From Owenia fusiformis (lineage: Eukaryota): a DNA stretch of 64,000 nucleotides. Positions 38,183 to 51,068 of this stretch are shown one piece after another. Location of the stretch: positions 9,672,001 through 9,736,000 of the forward strand of contig CAIIXF020000001.1 of NCBI GenBank assembly GCA_903813345.2, written 5' to 3'. The translations under genes were made by a program, and so were the position numbers. Numbering within the stretch: the stretch's first letter is position 1; the number at the start of each line of letters is the position of its first letter. The notes beneath the pieces are model-generated. The model saw nothing but the letters and a program-made list of their open reading frames with translations. It was not told the DNA's origin and did not search any database.

Positions 38183-41100
38183 ATGTCTTTTACAATGGCA
38201 TATTTTGGTCTACTTCTTCTAATTCTACAAATCCATGTCTCTAAATGTAACGTTGAAACAAATATAACTGTAACAAACACAACTGAATTTTTCCTACAAG
38301 AACTCGTACAAAAGTATGGAGACCCAAAACGTGGTGTGATTACATTAGAAGGGTTCGAACATCTATTAGAGAGTCTTGGCCTGGGGAACATTCATATGGA
38401 TGACCATGATATTCACGATCATCATACAAGCACTGGCTTCAAAGAGTTCCATCTCTCTCATGACCATGATAATGTGGAATTTGGGGAGCATGATGATCAT
38501 GATCATGAACATGAAAAAGCATATTCCATGAAGACTTCACCTGAAGTGGAGGTTCACAATGAGCAATATCATAATGGATCCTTACATAAAGAAGATCATG
38601 CTCATGACACTCAACATGAAACACACAAAGATACTCATCACCATGATGACACATACGATCATGATGACACACACAATCATGATGACACCCATAATCATGA
38701 TGAGCACGATGACACCCATAATCATGATGAGACTCATAATCATGATGACACCCATAATCATGATGAGAATGATGACACCCACAATCATAATGGGCATGGT
38801 GCTACCCACAATCATGATGAACATGATGACTCCCACAATCATGATGTTACTGACCATGGTAAAACTGAAGGTGACAACTCTAAACCAGGTGAAACCTCCT
38901 TAAAGGAAACCACATCACCTAGTTCTGATGTCGATCAGTTCTTAAGTTCCCTTTCTCTTGTTCAAAATCGTGATGATGAGTTTGATGTTAAACCAAAGAG
39001 AAAAAAAGGAAAGGGAAGAAAAAAACAGCGTAAAAATAGGCGCAATAAAATGGCTACAACAGTATCACCAACAAGTAGCATCCCAATCAGGAAGAGAAGA
39101 GAAACTGCAGAACACAATCATGGGACTGATGAGCACAGCCATGGAGACGATGAACACAACCATGGGAATGAGGGACATAAACATGAAGAACATACACATG
39201 GACTTGAAAGGACTGATCCTAAGAAATTATTGAAAAAGGTATATTCCATACCATACTTTATTATTAGCTGTTTAATTCACAGTAATTTAATTCATGCATC
39301 ATGTTCTATTGTAGTGTTGTTTTGTACAAAATTCAAACTTAATAAAATATATATGAATCTGAGCCACTTAACTGGTGAAGGCTTGTGAGTCTCTGACTTG
39401 TAGCGACACCCTTGTTAGAAGGTAATGTGTCATACCGTAAGTCAATTTACATCTTATATGTTTGATCCAGAATTTTCCCTAATGTCTTTTCCAGTGTCTC
39501 ACTGCTACAGAAATGATGGCAACCTTTAATGTCCCAGCAGAAGGTATTCATGTAGTGGAATTTCTCAGGCTCTCCCCAGCTATCATATACCAACTAGATA
39601 GCCAGATTTGCATACCCCAGTCACATAGGAGGATAGACCATTTCCATGACCATGCACACCATAACAGCAGTCAAAAGTCATTTGATTTAGGAAACATTCC
39701 AGCAAAGGGTGAGTTTTGGTTCGAAATGTAATAGGGTTGTTGTCTCGTCCGTAATAGAATTATATAAGTGAAAGAAACCCACATTTTCAAAATATCGATT
39801 ATCAGAGTCTTTTTGACACAACAGCTTGGTGTCACAATGTTAACCATAATGAACTTCTAGAATTGGCTAGAACAATTTTCATTCTAGCCATGATATCAGA
39901 TGAAATAGGTACAACTTCCAGGCAATCATGTTAAAGTTTAATGTATACATCTGTGTGTTTTGTATTTCAGTGTGGGGTTTCTCCAGCTTGGCTGTGTTGA
40001 TCATCAGTCTGGTTGGCCTTTTAGGAGTAGCAATTGTACCCCTCATGCAGAAGGTCTTTTATAATCACCTGCTTCAGTTCCTGGTTGCCTTGGCAGTGGG
40101 TTCTCTGACAGGCGATGCTTTGTTGCATCTTTTGCCTCATGTGAGTATATATATCTTTTATTGACTCTTCAGATGTCATGCTCTTCTAAGCTTTTATAAT
40201 ACAGACAATTTATACAAAGAAACTTGTTATTTACATATTTTACAATATACTTTGCGTGTGATGCACCCAAAATGCTAATCTCGATGCAAGTTTAAGTTTT
40301 TGAATGATTTTGTAATAAAACTTCCAACTTGCTTACTGCTCATAATGTGCTCTCTTATTTTATTTTATTTTTATGAAATCAAACATGATAAAAGACATTT
40401 TGCAAACCGTTAAGCTCAACCACTTTCACACCACCTCAATTCATTCAGACATTTGCAACAGTCATACCCAAAAGCTCTGGTTCATTATTTATTTTGATGG
40501 GAAGCATTTTCTGCAAAGCAAAATTTTATTGGTTAGGCTGTTTCATTGAGTGAAGTTCTTCTTGGGTTTTAATGAACTTATTATTATGCCCAAAATATGA
40601 AAGTAAACCAGGTCACCTTAAAAATGATAAAATACTTTATACTCACTTTTTCTGAATGGTTGACCTCACTATTGAATGAATTTAACTGTATAAATATGAC
40701 AAAAAGCAGTTGAATGAAAGAATGATAAGTTTTGTACAATAAAAGTGCTAATAGGCCCTTTATAGTTTCTTTATTTTGTTTCATCAAAATATTTCAAGAA
40801 CTATGAATACTTGTTACTCTAAATGTTTCACTCTGAGTAAAACAGGACAAAAGCATTCATCTTGTACAAGTGCATTTTATCTTATGAACTAAGGTTTGCA
40901 TGAGACAATTATAGTAAACCTGTGTCTATTGAACATTTTTTTGCCAAGAAATGTTGGTAGGTGTTTGCTACAGAGAGGGTAATTTATAAAGATGTCAGTA
41001 AAGATTTGTGTGGTGATCACTAAGACAGGTTTTACCGTACATAGTTTACATTTCGAGATTTAGCTGATAAAACGTTTACACCTTTTAATTTGTGATTTTA

Positions 41101-44100
41101 GCTCGTAGCAATAATTTTTTTAAAATTGATATTATATGTGTATTCCCGCTATTTATATTTATTATAAATAAAATTCAAGATATTATTTTGTTGCAATGAA
41201 GCAATATGATTTAACCTCATTTTTCTAAAAAGGTTTTTGAGAGAAAGTTCAATACTGGTGGTAGTAAATAGCAGACTCAGCCAATGGAAGAGTGAGAAAC
41301 AATCAAATGATATAATATAAATGAATATCATCCTCTTATTTCAGGCAATGATGTCATCAGATGGCCACGATCATTCCGATGGGGAAGGACATGACAAATC
41401 AAATGCATGGAAGGGCATGATGGCACTCGGTGGACTATATTTCTTCTTCCTAATGGAACGTATCATGGCCATATGTACCGATATGAGGCGAAACAGGAAA
41501 AACAAGAAAACAAGAGTGAAGGTAAATTTTATATTCAAATTAATTTTATGTTTCTTGAGTCTTAACTGTTCATTTCTAGATAAATCACTTAATGGATTTA
41601 TTTGATATGTTTCTTGTTGTGGATTGGAAATCTAGAACTGATTTGTTCTGATTGGGTATCCAAGCCTGAGTGAATTTTAAATGGCCATTTAGTTAGCAAA
41701 TGTTACGCCTTCGTGTATAGGTCACATATAGTGATGTAATGTGCTACTCAAGTATTCACTGTTATTAGGGATTTAAGCCCTGGTCTCAGTGCAATGTGGA
41801 ATGACCATTTCTAGAAGGTGTTGATTTCCAAAACTTGCACAAGATGTCGAGCACATTCCTGAAAGGAATGGTCATTACACAGCGTTGGGTCTTGGGCATT
41901 TTACTAATTGTAAAATATTTTTTCCAAAATCATCTTAAAGATACGAAATCACCAAAAGAACATATTTTCAATGAAACCTTTTGCAAGGGTCAAGCTGGCA
42001 AAGTATCAGTTTCAATTTGCAGAGTCCAGTCATCACCATGCCAACCATTTAACTAGTAACCTTGAGTTTGTTATTGGTTATATAACGGAATGCAGTTAGT
42101 GAAATCGCATGTTCTGATTTGCCAAGCTATATGTGGATGATTGTTTTAGTCTCAAACTTTCTTTCGGATGACAGTCAGTCTGTAACAAATGACAGGTGTT
42201 GACATTTTGCATGGTAATGCCTTGTTGCAATTATTGTTACACAAGATTGTTTTGAAAGATCCTGATGTTCAGGCATCTATTTTCCAGGAAGCTGACACAA
42301 GTAAAAGCTCAGGTACAGAGCTGCAAGCTATAGGGGCTAAACTCTCTGAATATCAGGCACCAGCAAAGGATTGTGAAGACTTCATCATGGTGGTACATGG
42401 AAATAAAGGTATGCATATAATGTATAACAACAGTAACAACTTTCTTAAACAACCTATATTTCTTATTTATTTAGTGAGAACATTTCAGAACCTTGTTATT
42501 ATTATTATTATTATTATTATGTCACCACAAGAAGTGTTTACATATTGTAATAGTCTCCACTTTTTGGGAATGGTGTTTGGTATTCGGCAGATGGTGTTCG
42601 GCGTTTGTAATAAATATGGCAAGTGGTGACATTTCGCATATTAATGCTTACTCTCCTTAAAATAAATAAATATAGGTTGTGAGGAAAATTGTTTTGATGT
42701 TGATTATAATCGAACCTGACAGAAGTGCTTAGGACATAATGTAGTGATCTCCCCAGGATTTTTTCTCAAATGGGTGCAAAATTCTCATATTCACAATTCA
42801 GACCAAAATTGATCAAAATATCAATTTTTCATGATTTTTCTCATTTTCAAGTGGGTGCAAATGGATTTTCAGGTGGGTGCAAAATCTCAAGTGGGGGCTG
42901 CGCCCACTTGCTTTAATGCTGGGGAGATCACTGTAATGCATGTTGTGATTGTAATGCATGTTCAAGTCTAGTCAAGCTAGCTAAAATACTGAAGAATTGA
43001 GTAAGGATTGTTTTCAGTTTTCATGATGTTGTTATGTATAATTGAGTACCTAGTTGTAGTTTATTCGCATGTTTGCATACTTGTTGTATTATTTGTTTTA
43101 GTTTCAAGCTGTTCTTGTTAACAAGTTACTCAGTTCTGAATTTTTATTCTAATAAAACTCAAGATTGATATTACTATGTCTAACTTACTCGACCAATTGC
43201 CTTATTTTTTCAGTAAATATGAATTTATTAGGGAGGTCAAGCTACATGTATTTTAATACAACTTGAACTTGAACATGTAGAATTATGGTCCTATAGGGTT
43301 AGCTCTCCCCTTGGAAGTAATTACTTGCCCAATTGAGTATAAAGGTATAAGGGAAATAGTTGAAATTAGGTCCCTGGAAAAATCAATTGTGGGAGGAGTC
43401 GAGGACAGAATTCCTTGTGTGTCATAATATTACACATTCCATACAAGTTCTCTTAAAAACATGTAGCCTAACCAATTACCTCCCTATTATTAAGATCAGA
43501 ATAAGAGAATGTGTCTCTTTTTGATTGAATTGTATGTAAGTGCATGTTGATATTGATATTTATTACTTTACCCAGAACAACTTAGCATAAATCACGAAAA
43601 TAAAATCACCTGAGTAAATTAGTCTCTGTTTCAAGGATGATTTGAACTGTTTTTTTATTGCATGATTTTTATTATAGATGAAGAGAATAATTATAAAGAA
43701 AAACATAGATTACGCTATAGTGGAATATTTGCTCAGCGATTTGAGATTGAACCAGGTATTTGATCCAGATGTCAGCACCTTCTCATGCTTGCCTCATTGC
43801 TATGACAATATTCCAATACTATCGCTATGGTTGCCACTATTCTAGTGATACAGAAATATTGTCATTCTGGAAAATAAAGCTTTTTATTGACAAAACAAAT
43901 ACTAAGGATGATTAACATAGTCATATAACAAACATTGTAATTTCATTATATTGGTATATTTCAAGCTGACATGGGTATGTATGTACAGACTGCAGATATA
44001 CATGTACCTCTAATGTGCACTGCACATGGGTTATTGAAACACTATATTACATCACTTTCTTAAATGCAAAACAACTCACTAAATCTATTTTCTTTCAAGT

Positions 44101-47100
44101 AAACCACCACCATAACAATTAGTATAAGGTCTCTGGGAAGAACTCTGCAATAAAATGCATTATACATCAGTTAATATTCTCTGTAGCTTTTCTATATTGT
44201 ATGAAGGTTTTGGCTGGTACATAGAATGACGTGTTATTCAGTATATACTAGAATACCCGACTCTATGCCATTTGGATAATATGATATTGCTTCATTTATT
44301 AAAATACTTAGCTAACTTATTTAGTAAGCATAGAGCATGCTTAATAACTTATAACGCATATAACTCCATTTTGAAATTATCTTCTCCACAATTATTTTTA
44401 TGTCACCACCAAAAGTGGTGACACAAAAGTGGTGACATATTGTTATGGTCTCCGTTTTTTTGCGACGGCGGTTGGTGGTTGGCGTCCGGCGGTTGGCGTC
44501 CGGCGTCTGTAACAATTTCTTACAACTTCCTATAACTTAACAAATACTGTTTAGACTGACTTCAATTTTTTTCTAAATCATCTACATGTTCTCAGAAGTT
44601 CAAATCTGACTTTAGATTTGACATTTGACCTTCAATGACCTTCTCAAGGTCAAAAAGGTCTTTTTTCAACTTGCTTCACATTGAATAAATTTTTTTTCAA
44701 AATCATCTACATGTTCTCAGAAATTCAAATCTGACTTTAGATTTGACATTTGACCTTCAAATCTGACTTAAGATTTGACATTTGACCTTCAATGACCTTC
44801 TCAAGGTCAAAAAAGGTCAAAAAGGTCTGTTTTCAACTTGCTTCAAATTGACTAAATTTTTTTTTCAAAATCATCTACATGTTCTCAGAAATTCAAATCT
44901 GACTTAAGATTTGACTTAAGATTTGACATTTGACCTTCAATGACCTTCTCAAGGTCAAAAAAGGTCAAAAAGGTCTGTTTTCAACTTGCTTCAAATTGAC
45001 TAAAAAAAATTTTCAAAATCATCTACGTGTTCTCAGAAATTCAAATCTGACTTTAGATTTGACATTTGACCTTCAATGACCTTCTCAAAGTCAAAAAAGG
45101 TCAAAAAGGTCTTTTTTCAACTTGCTTCAAATTGACTAAATTTTTTTTTCAAAATCATCTACATGTTCTCAGAAATTCAAATCTGACTTTAGATTTGACA
45201 TTTGACCTTTAATGACCTTCTCAAGGTCAAAAAAGGTCAAAAAGGTCTGTTTTCAACTTGCTTCAAATTGACTAAAAAATTTTTTCAAAATCATCTACGT
45301 GTTCTCAGAAATTCAAATCTGACTTTAGATTTGACTTAAGATTTGACATTTGACCTTCAATGACCTTCTCAAAGTCAAAAAGGTCAAAAAGGTCTTTTTT
45401 CAACTTGCTTCAAATTGACTAAATTTTTTTTCAAAATCATCTACATGTTCTCAGAAATTCAAATCTGACTTTAGATTTGACATTTGACCTTCAATGACCT
45501 TCTCAATGTCAAAAAAGGTCAAAAAGGTATTTTTTCATCTTGCTTCAAATTGACTAAATTTTTTTTCAAAATCATCTACATGTTCTCAGAAATTCAAATC
45601 TGACTTTAGATTTGACTTTAGATTTGACATTTGACCTTCAATGACCTTCTCAAGGTCAAAAAAGGTCAAAAAGGTCTTTTTTCAACTTGCTTCAAATTGA
45701 CTCATTTTTTTTTTCAAAATCATCTACATCTTTTCAGAAGTTCAAATTTGACTTTACAAGTTCTCAGAAATTCAAATCTGACTTAAGTTTGAACTCATAA
45801 TATTGTGAGCAACTAGGTGGTGACATTTTGTCATGTTAATGCCTTGTTTTACCTTTCATGTCTCCTGCTTTTTTAATCCCAAAGAACTTGTCTGATAGGG
45901 ATATCGTGAAGTCCTTCGTCCCGTTTTCCAGCATAAGAGTCTTGTTCCTAAATTCCATCCTTTAAACCCAGGCCTCCAGAATTCGTACCTCATTCTTCAA
46001 GAAAAAGGAAGGAATGTAGTAAATGATTTCTGGAGGATGCTTAAATCCTTAAATAGAAATATAATATGTAGTAAAATAAAAAATAAAATTAAATACTTGA
46101 GCTCACTTCGATGAAAAAAGAACAATAAGTCAACTACATGTAAATAAGTCTACTACAGCTTTGTAAATAGAATTCAGTTCTGTATTTTTGTATCTAAATC
46201 ATCATTCTATTTCCAGCTGTGAGAGGCTATGCAGATGAAGTACATAACGATGAGTATGGTGCAGATTGTGAGATAGAAGAAGTTGTAGGACATAGTCATC
46301 AGCAGTCCCATGGACACGGACATGGGCACAGTCATGGTCCTATTCCCACTACAGTCAGTGCAATTGCCTGGATGGTCATCATGGGAGATGGCCTGCATAA
46401 CTTTTGTGATGGTCTTGCCATAGGTAAACAATAAAACGATGCTGCATGATAAATGATTCACACGTTGAATGTCACATTTGACAAATCGGAAGTTTTCTGT
46501 TGAAGATGTCAATTTTTGCCCACCCTGTATAATAATAGAGTGGCTACCCAGTAACAACCTTTTTAGTAGACATTTTGGTGCCTTTCAGGGTTTTTAACTT
46601 TTCAAAAAAATTATATATTTTCTTATCTTGGAAAGTAGTGATCTTACTTCTATAAACATTCCTTCAGCTTTTTTCCATTTTATGAAATGATATTCACAAC
46701 TTATAAGTATAATACATTTATCATGAATTTGAATCCCCGCATGATTTTAATCAAACTAAAATTGATACATGAAATCATAGGTACATTTGTATCACTTCAG
46801 GTGCTGCGTTTGCCAATAGTATGAGTGGAGGTCTTAGCACTTCAGTTGCCGTATTTTGCCATGAATTGCCACATGAATTAGGTAGGTACTCAATAGGGTT
46901 TTCAGTATTTCGATAGTACAGGGCGATTCCAAATTTTTGATAAAATGCTCTCTTTTGTTTTTGGATGATATTTGCTTGTTTTGTGTATAAAAATCCAGGT
47001 TCCCCTGAGAGGAAATATCCCATAATTTATAGCTTCATTTATGAACTTTTGGGTGTTTCCCCATTTGTTTCCTAAAAACCTCCAGTGTATTTGTAATATG

Positions 47101-49231
47101 ATTAATTATCCCATCGAACGAAGTTCGGAGGGATATAGGGAACGCCTCCGTCCGTCCGTCCGTCCGTCCGTCCGTACGTCCGTCCGTCCGTCCGTCCGTA
47201 CGTACGTCCGTCCGTCCGTCCGTCCGGGCAATAACTCAAATACCGTTGGCCCGATTTTGTTCATATTTTGTACACATATACCCTATGGGGGTAGAAGTTC
47301 TGCTCGAAAGCCGATTTTCAAAATGGCCGCTCATTTCAAAATGGCGGCCATTTTAGTGCCGAATTTACAGTAATTTAGGTGCAATATGTAAAACTGTAAT
47401 AGCAATACGTTTTAGATGTAAAAAAATTATATAGGACATTAATAAAGCTAGAAATGTAGATATTAAAGAAGCACATGGCAGCCATCTTGAAAAATGGCGG
47501 TCTTTACTCGTTATTTTACGATTTTTGCTGTAACTCGAAAAGTAGTGGAGCGATTTTGTTCATATTTGGTATGTGAATACTATAAACATTGCACACTGTC
47601 TAAAGACACTTTTAGTAGAAGGTGGCCATTTTGAAAAATGGCCACCATTTTTCAAAATGGCCGCCATTTTAATGTATTTTACCATTTGAAAAGTAGTGGA
47701 GCGATTTTGTTCATATTTGGTATGTGAATACTATAAGCATGACACACTGTCCTATGACACTTTTGGTAGAAGGCGGCCATTTTGAAAAAAATTTTTTCAA
47801 AATGGCCGCCATTTTAATGTATTTTACCATTTGAAAAGTAGTGGAGCGATTTTGTTCATATTTGGTATGTGAATACTATAAGCATGACACACTGTCCTAT
47901 GACACTTTTGGTAGAAGGCGGCCATTTTGAAAAAAATTTTGAAAAATGGCCGCCATTTTAACGTATTTTACTATAACTCGAAAAGTAATGAAGCGATTCT
48001 GTTCATATTTGGTATGTGAATACTGTAAGTATGGCACACTGTCTAATGACACTTTTGGTAGAAGGTTGCCATTTTGAAAAATGGCCGCCATTTTAACGTA
48101 TTTTACTATAACTTGAAAAGTAGTGGAGCGATTTTGTTCATATTTGGTATGTGAATACTATAAGCATGGCACACTGTCTAATGACACTTTTGGTAGAAGG
48201 TTGCCATTTTGAAAAATGGCCGCCATTTTAACGTATTTTACTATAACTTGAAAAGTAGTGGAGCGATTTTGTTCATATTTGGTATGTGAATACTATAAGC
48301 ATGGCACATGGTCTAATGACACTTTTGGTAGAAGGCGGCCATTTTGAAAAATGGATGCCATTTTTGCTATATCCTTTGTTTGTAAAAATGCCATCCATGG
48401 CTGTTCGATGGGATTTGCTACGCTTTGGCGTTGCCGTTGTTCTGGTTTGAAAATGTGAAGTAGAATGCGAAATCTGGCTTATCAAAAAGGATATCCTATT
48501 AACAACATGTCCAAACTGCTCCAACATCTCGGCATGTAGTAAACTTGAACATATGAATTATCTGTGATTTTCAGGTGATTTCGCCGTGCTCCTGAGAGCT
48601 GGTATGTCTGTTAAGCAAGCTCTCACATACAACATTGTCTCATCGGTGCTCTGTTTCGTGGGTATGCTCATAGGTGTCTCGATTGGCAATGTCGGGGATG
48701 CCAGTCTTTACATCTTTGCAATGATGGCTGGTGTGTTCATATATATAGCCTTAGTTGATATGGTAAGTGGTTTTATTTTGCACAAACAAATATACATTTA
48801 CTGTCATAATTATTTCAACACCTTAAAATTTGTCTAATAAAGTCAATTTCTGTCTTAGTGGTTTTATCTTTGAATGTTGGTGAAATTGTGTCATGATTGT
48901 GTCAGTGTCCTATTTTACATGGTCAAAATACCAACCAATTTGGTGATGATATAATCCTAATCTCCAGCAGACCAAGCAGTTAGTCTGGATTTGAACTAAA
49001 AAACACTGAATAACTTTTAACTGAACTGAATATATTTACATATTGAACAATTAATAGAATGTGATATATTTTTCCTTCCAGCTTCCGGAGATGAATGCAG
49101 TAACACCAAAAGCTGGTGAAAATCCATTTTGTCATTTGATATTCCAAAACTTTGGTTTACTTACTGGCATCAGCATCATGGCTCTAATAGCCATGTTCGA
49201 GGACAAAATCACAGTGAATGTAGGATCCTAG
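38183..49231 (+). CDS. SLC39A10: LIV-1 subfamily ZIP zinc transporter (ZIP10/ZIP6/fear-of-intimacy-like), spliced, about 787 aa
   Basis: Nine GT-AG coding exons with consistent phases: 38183-39238, 39495-39708, 39971-40140, 41345-41521, 42288-42408, 46217-46423, 46801-46881, 48575-48762, 49082-49231 (TAG); total 2364 nt. The protein has a signal peptide, His-rich ectodomain, PAL-type motif ([13 protein letters not shown]), [18 protein letters not shown], His-rich cytosolic loop, TM4 [14 protein letters not shown] and the LIV-1 signature [15 protein letters not shown]. The invertebrate gene is probably co-orthologous to SLC39A6 and SLC39A10. Confidence 0.95.
38636..38850 (+). repeat. Coding minisatellite encoding (T-H-N-H-D-D/E)n
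   Basis: Repeated GACACCCA(T/C)AATCATGAT units of 18 or 27 nt inside the first coding exon of the ZIP gene. Confidence 0.9.
42515..42652 (+). mobile_element. Short degenerate family C Helentron-like element
   Basis: (TTA)n then ATGTCACCAC...GTGGTGACAT and hairpin GCATATTAATGC; another isolated 3' end lies at about 42192-42226. Confidence 0.65.
42742..42933. mobile_element. MITE with 5-bp TSD
   Basis: TAATG|TAGTGATCTCCCCAG...CTGGGGAGATCACTG|TAATG with internal TGGGTGC motifs; a diverged relative at about 61892-62176. Confidence 0.75.
44396..45848 (+). mobile_element. Helentron/DINE-1-like element, family C, with about 10 tandem monomers of about 120-130 bp (ZIP intron)
   Basis: 5' ATGTCACCACC plus inverted GTGGTGACA, a GGCGTCC/GGTTGG microsatellite, a tandem array at 44575-45790, 3' GGTGGTGACAT, short hairpin and T-run. 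Confidence 0.85.
47105..48448 (+). mobile_element. Helentron/DINE-1-like element, family D, with (CCGT)n and about 120-bp tandem monomers (ZIP intron)
   Basis: Subterminal IR ATCCCATCGAAC / GTTCGATGGGAT (48403-48414), (CCGT)n at 47146-47226, about 7 monomers with AAAATGGCCGCCATTTT, 3' hairpin ACGC-TTTG-GCGT. Confidence 0.88.
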
Positions 49232-50380
49232 TACAGTATTTCCTTCCATCAGCTTGTATATACTTTTCCTTGGTATTTATTTGAAATATGATCCAAGTAT
49301 TTAGAGTTGAATGACTAGACTTGATGTCCAATAAACATGATGTGGATTGAAGTTTCCAATAGGACTATTTTTGGGTTTTTGAGGTGGATTCACAGTGGTT
49401 TCGGATGTATAAAAATTAGGGGGTCCCCACAATACATTATCTAATTATCAATATGTTTATAAAAACATGTATTTAGGTAAGGATTGGCATGTAGAGAAAC
49501 AATATGTTTTCAATGAAAAAACCATACTCAGAATTTGATGGACCGTGATATGGTCTTAAATGAACATCAAATGAGCAATTTTTTCAATACATGTACTATG
49601 ATGTATCTTGGGATCCCCACTTCACATGTATTGCCTATGTGCTTGGTTGTGGCTTGTGTACAGTTATAACTGTTATGAGTGATGTGCAGTTATGCGTGTA
49701 TGTTTCATTCTCATTACATGTACAAGTACCTCTGTATTTAGATAGAGAGGACTTTGATACGCACCAGGCCGTTCCATGTTTCTGATTAATCAGTGTCTGA
49801 GTCGAGTCAATGTATAGATTGGATGTCTCAAAATAGAAAAGAACGTTCACTTGGTGTTGAAAGAGCTTTAAATATCCCATGCTTGCTCAACAGTTCCATC
49901 TGCCTCATTTGAAAAGAAATTATTTGCTCATATGGGATTTTTCAGTTTCGGCCAACAGCTTGTAAGGGATTCAAATAGTCCAGGAATGAATCATACAGAA
50001 TATTCCACACTACTATACCTTGCATTTGGTGTTCATAAGCAACCCATTTGGCTTATTAGTATTGATTATGTTAATTGTTTTTATGTGTCTGTTCCTTATG
50101 AATGGTTTATCGGATAACTGTTATATGTTAATAAGGTACTTTCAAAACTATATGAAACAATACAGACAAACAGAGTATCTTATGCATTTCTAGGGGTTAG
50201 GTATAGCAGAGTGTATTCATCTCATATGAAATACTAAAACATATAGAAACAACAGAGCAAAATGAGATCTGATTATTTATGCTTCAATGTGTGTTCATTT
50301 CAGCTCTGCTTGTTTTGATGTAAATACATAATAGACTGTTGCTTATATTCATGTATATAAGCTGAAAAGTGTCAAGTTAA

Positions 50381-50598
50381 AGGCAGGATCAGATCTATAG
50401 GAGTGATCAATTTGCAAGAAACATGTACAATTGACCAATCTATTAATTGCCATCTCAAAATATCTCCCAAATAGTATATTATTGTTAAAATCTTAAGTTT
50501 TCCTGAATAAAATACATGTCATGACATGAGCCAAAAAAATTCTAAAATTCGAGAAACAATTTTTTTATTTAGCTTGCTCGCTAGATCTGATTCTCCTT
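50381..50598. mobile_element. TTAA-flanked MITE, same family as 36421-36792
   Basis: TTAA|AGGCAGGATCAGATCTATAG ... CGCTAGATCTGATTCTCCTT|TTAA. Confidence 0.65.
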
Positions 50599-51068
50599 TT
50601 AATACAATTCAAACTATCAGAGACTAATCTATTTTTCTACTCCGTTGTTATTTGAGTTTGTGAACAAAATAATTTATAGTAATATGAGATCTAAACAAGC
50701 AGTGATAATTAACATATGTTTAGGCTGCATATTTGAACTGCCCTGCACTGTTATTGGCTAAGCAGCAATGCCTGTTGGTCATGTTACTATGGAGATAACT
50801 CATATAAATATTACACAATGGACTTATGCCACAGGAGTCAAAAACCAGGGGTTTCACTAGAATTTCTCACAACAGGCTAAATAAATGAAAACAACGGGCA
50901 AGATTAATGGAAATCATAAATTTAACAAACAACAGGCGATTTTGTGAAAACAATTGGCGAAAACTGCCTGTTGCCTCGTGCTAATGAAACCCCAGAAAAT
51001 GCAGCCTAATTGTAATTGTATTCATAATGCATGCTTTTTACAACAAATAGCACAAATGCTTAAGTAAA

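Noticed and set aside
38439-38903. Met/Ile-rich alternative-frame and antisense ORFs
   Set aside because: Shadows of the His/Asp coding repeat (CAT/GAT codons).
44575-45790. Regular repeats superficially like a CRISPR array
   Set aside because: Head-to-tail monomers without unique spacers, in a eukaryotic intron, with no cas genes.
50720-51009. Possible Harbinger-like MITE (TTAGGCTGCAT...ATGCAGCCTAA) with a nested CAGGGGTTTCA element
   Set aside because: Inverted repeats are short and TSDs could not be established; plausible but not supportable.
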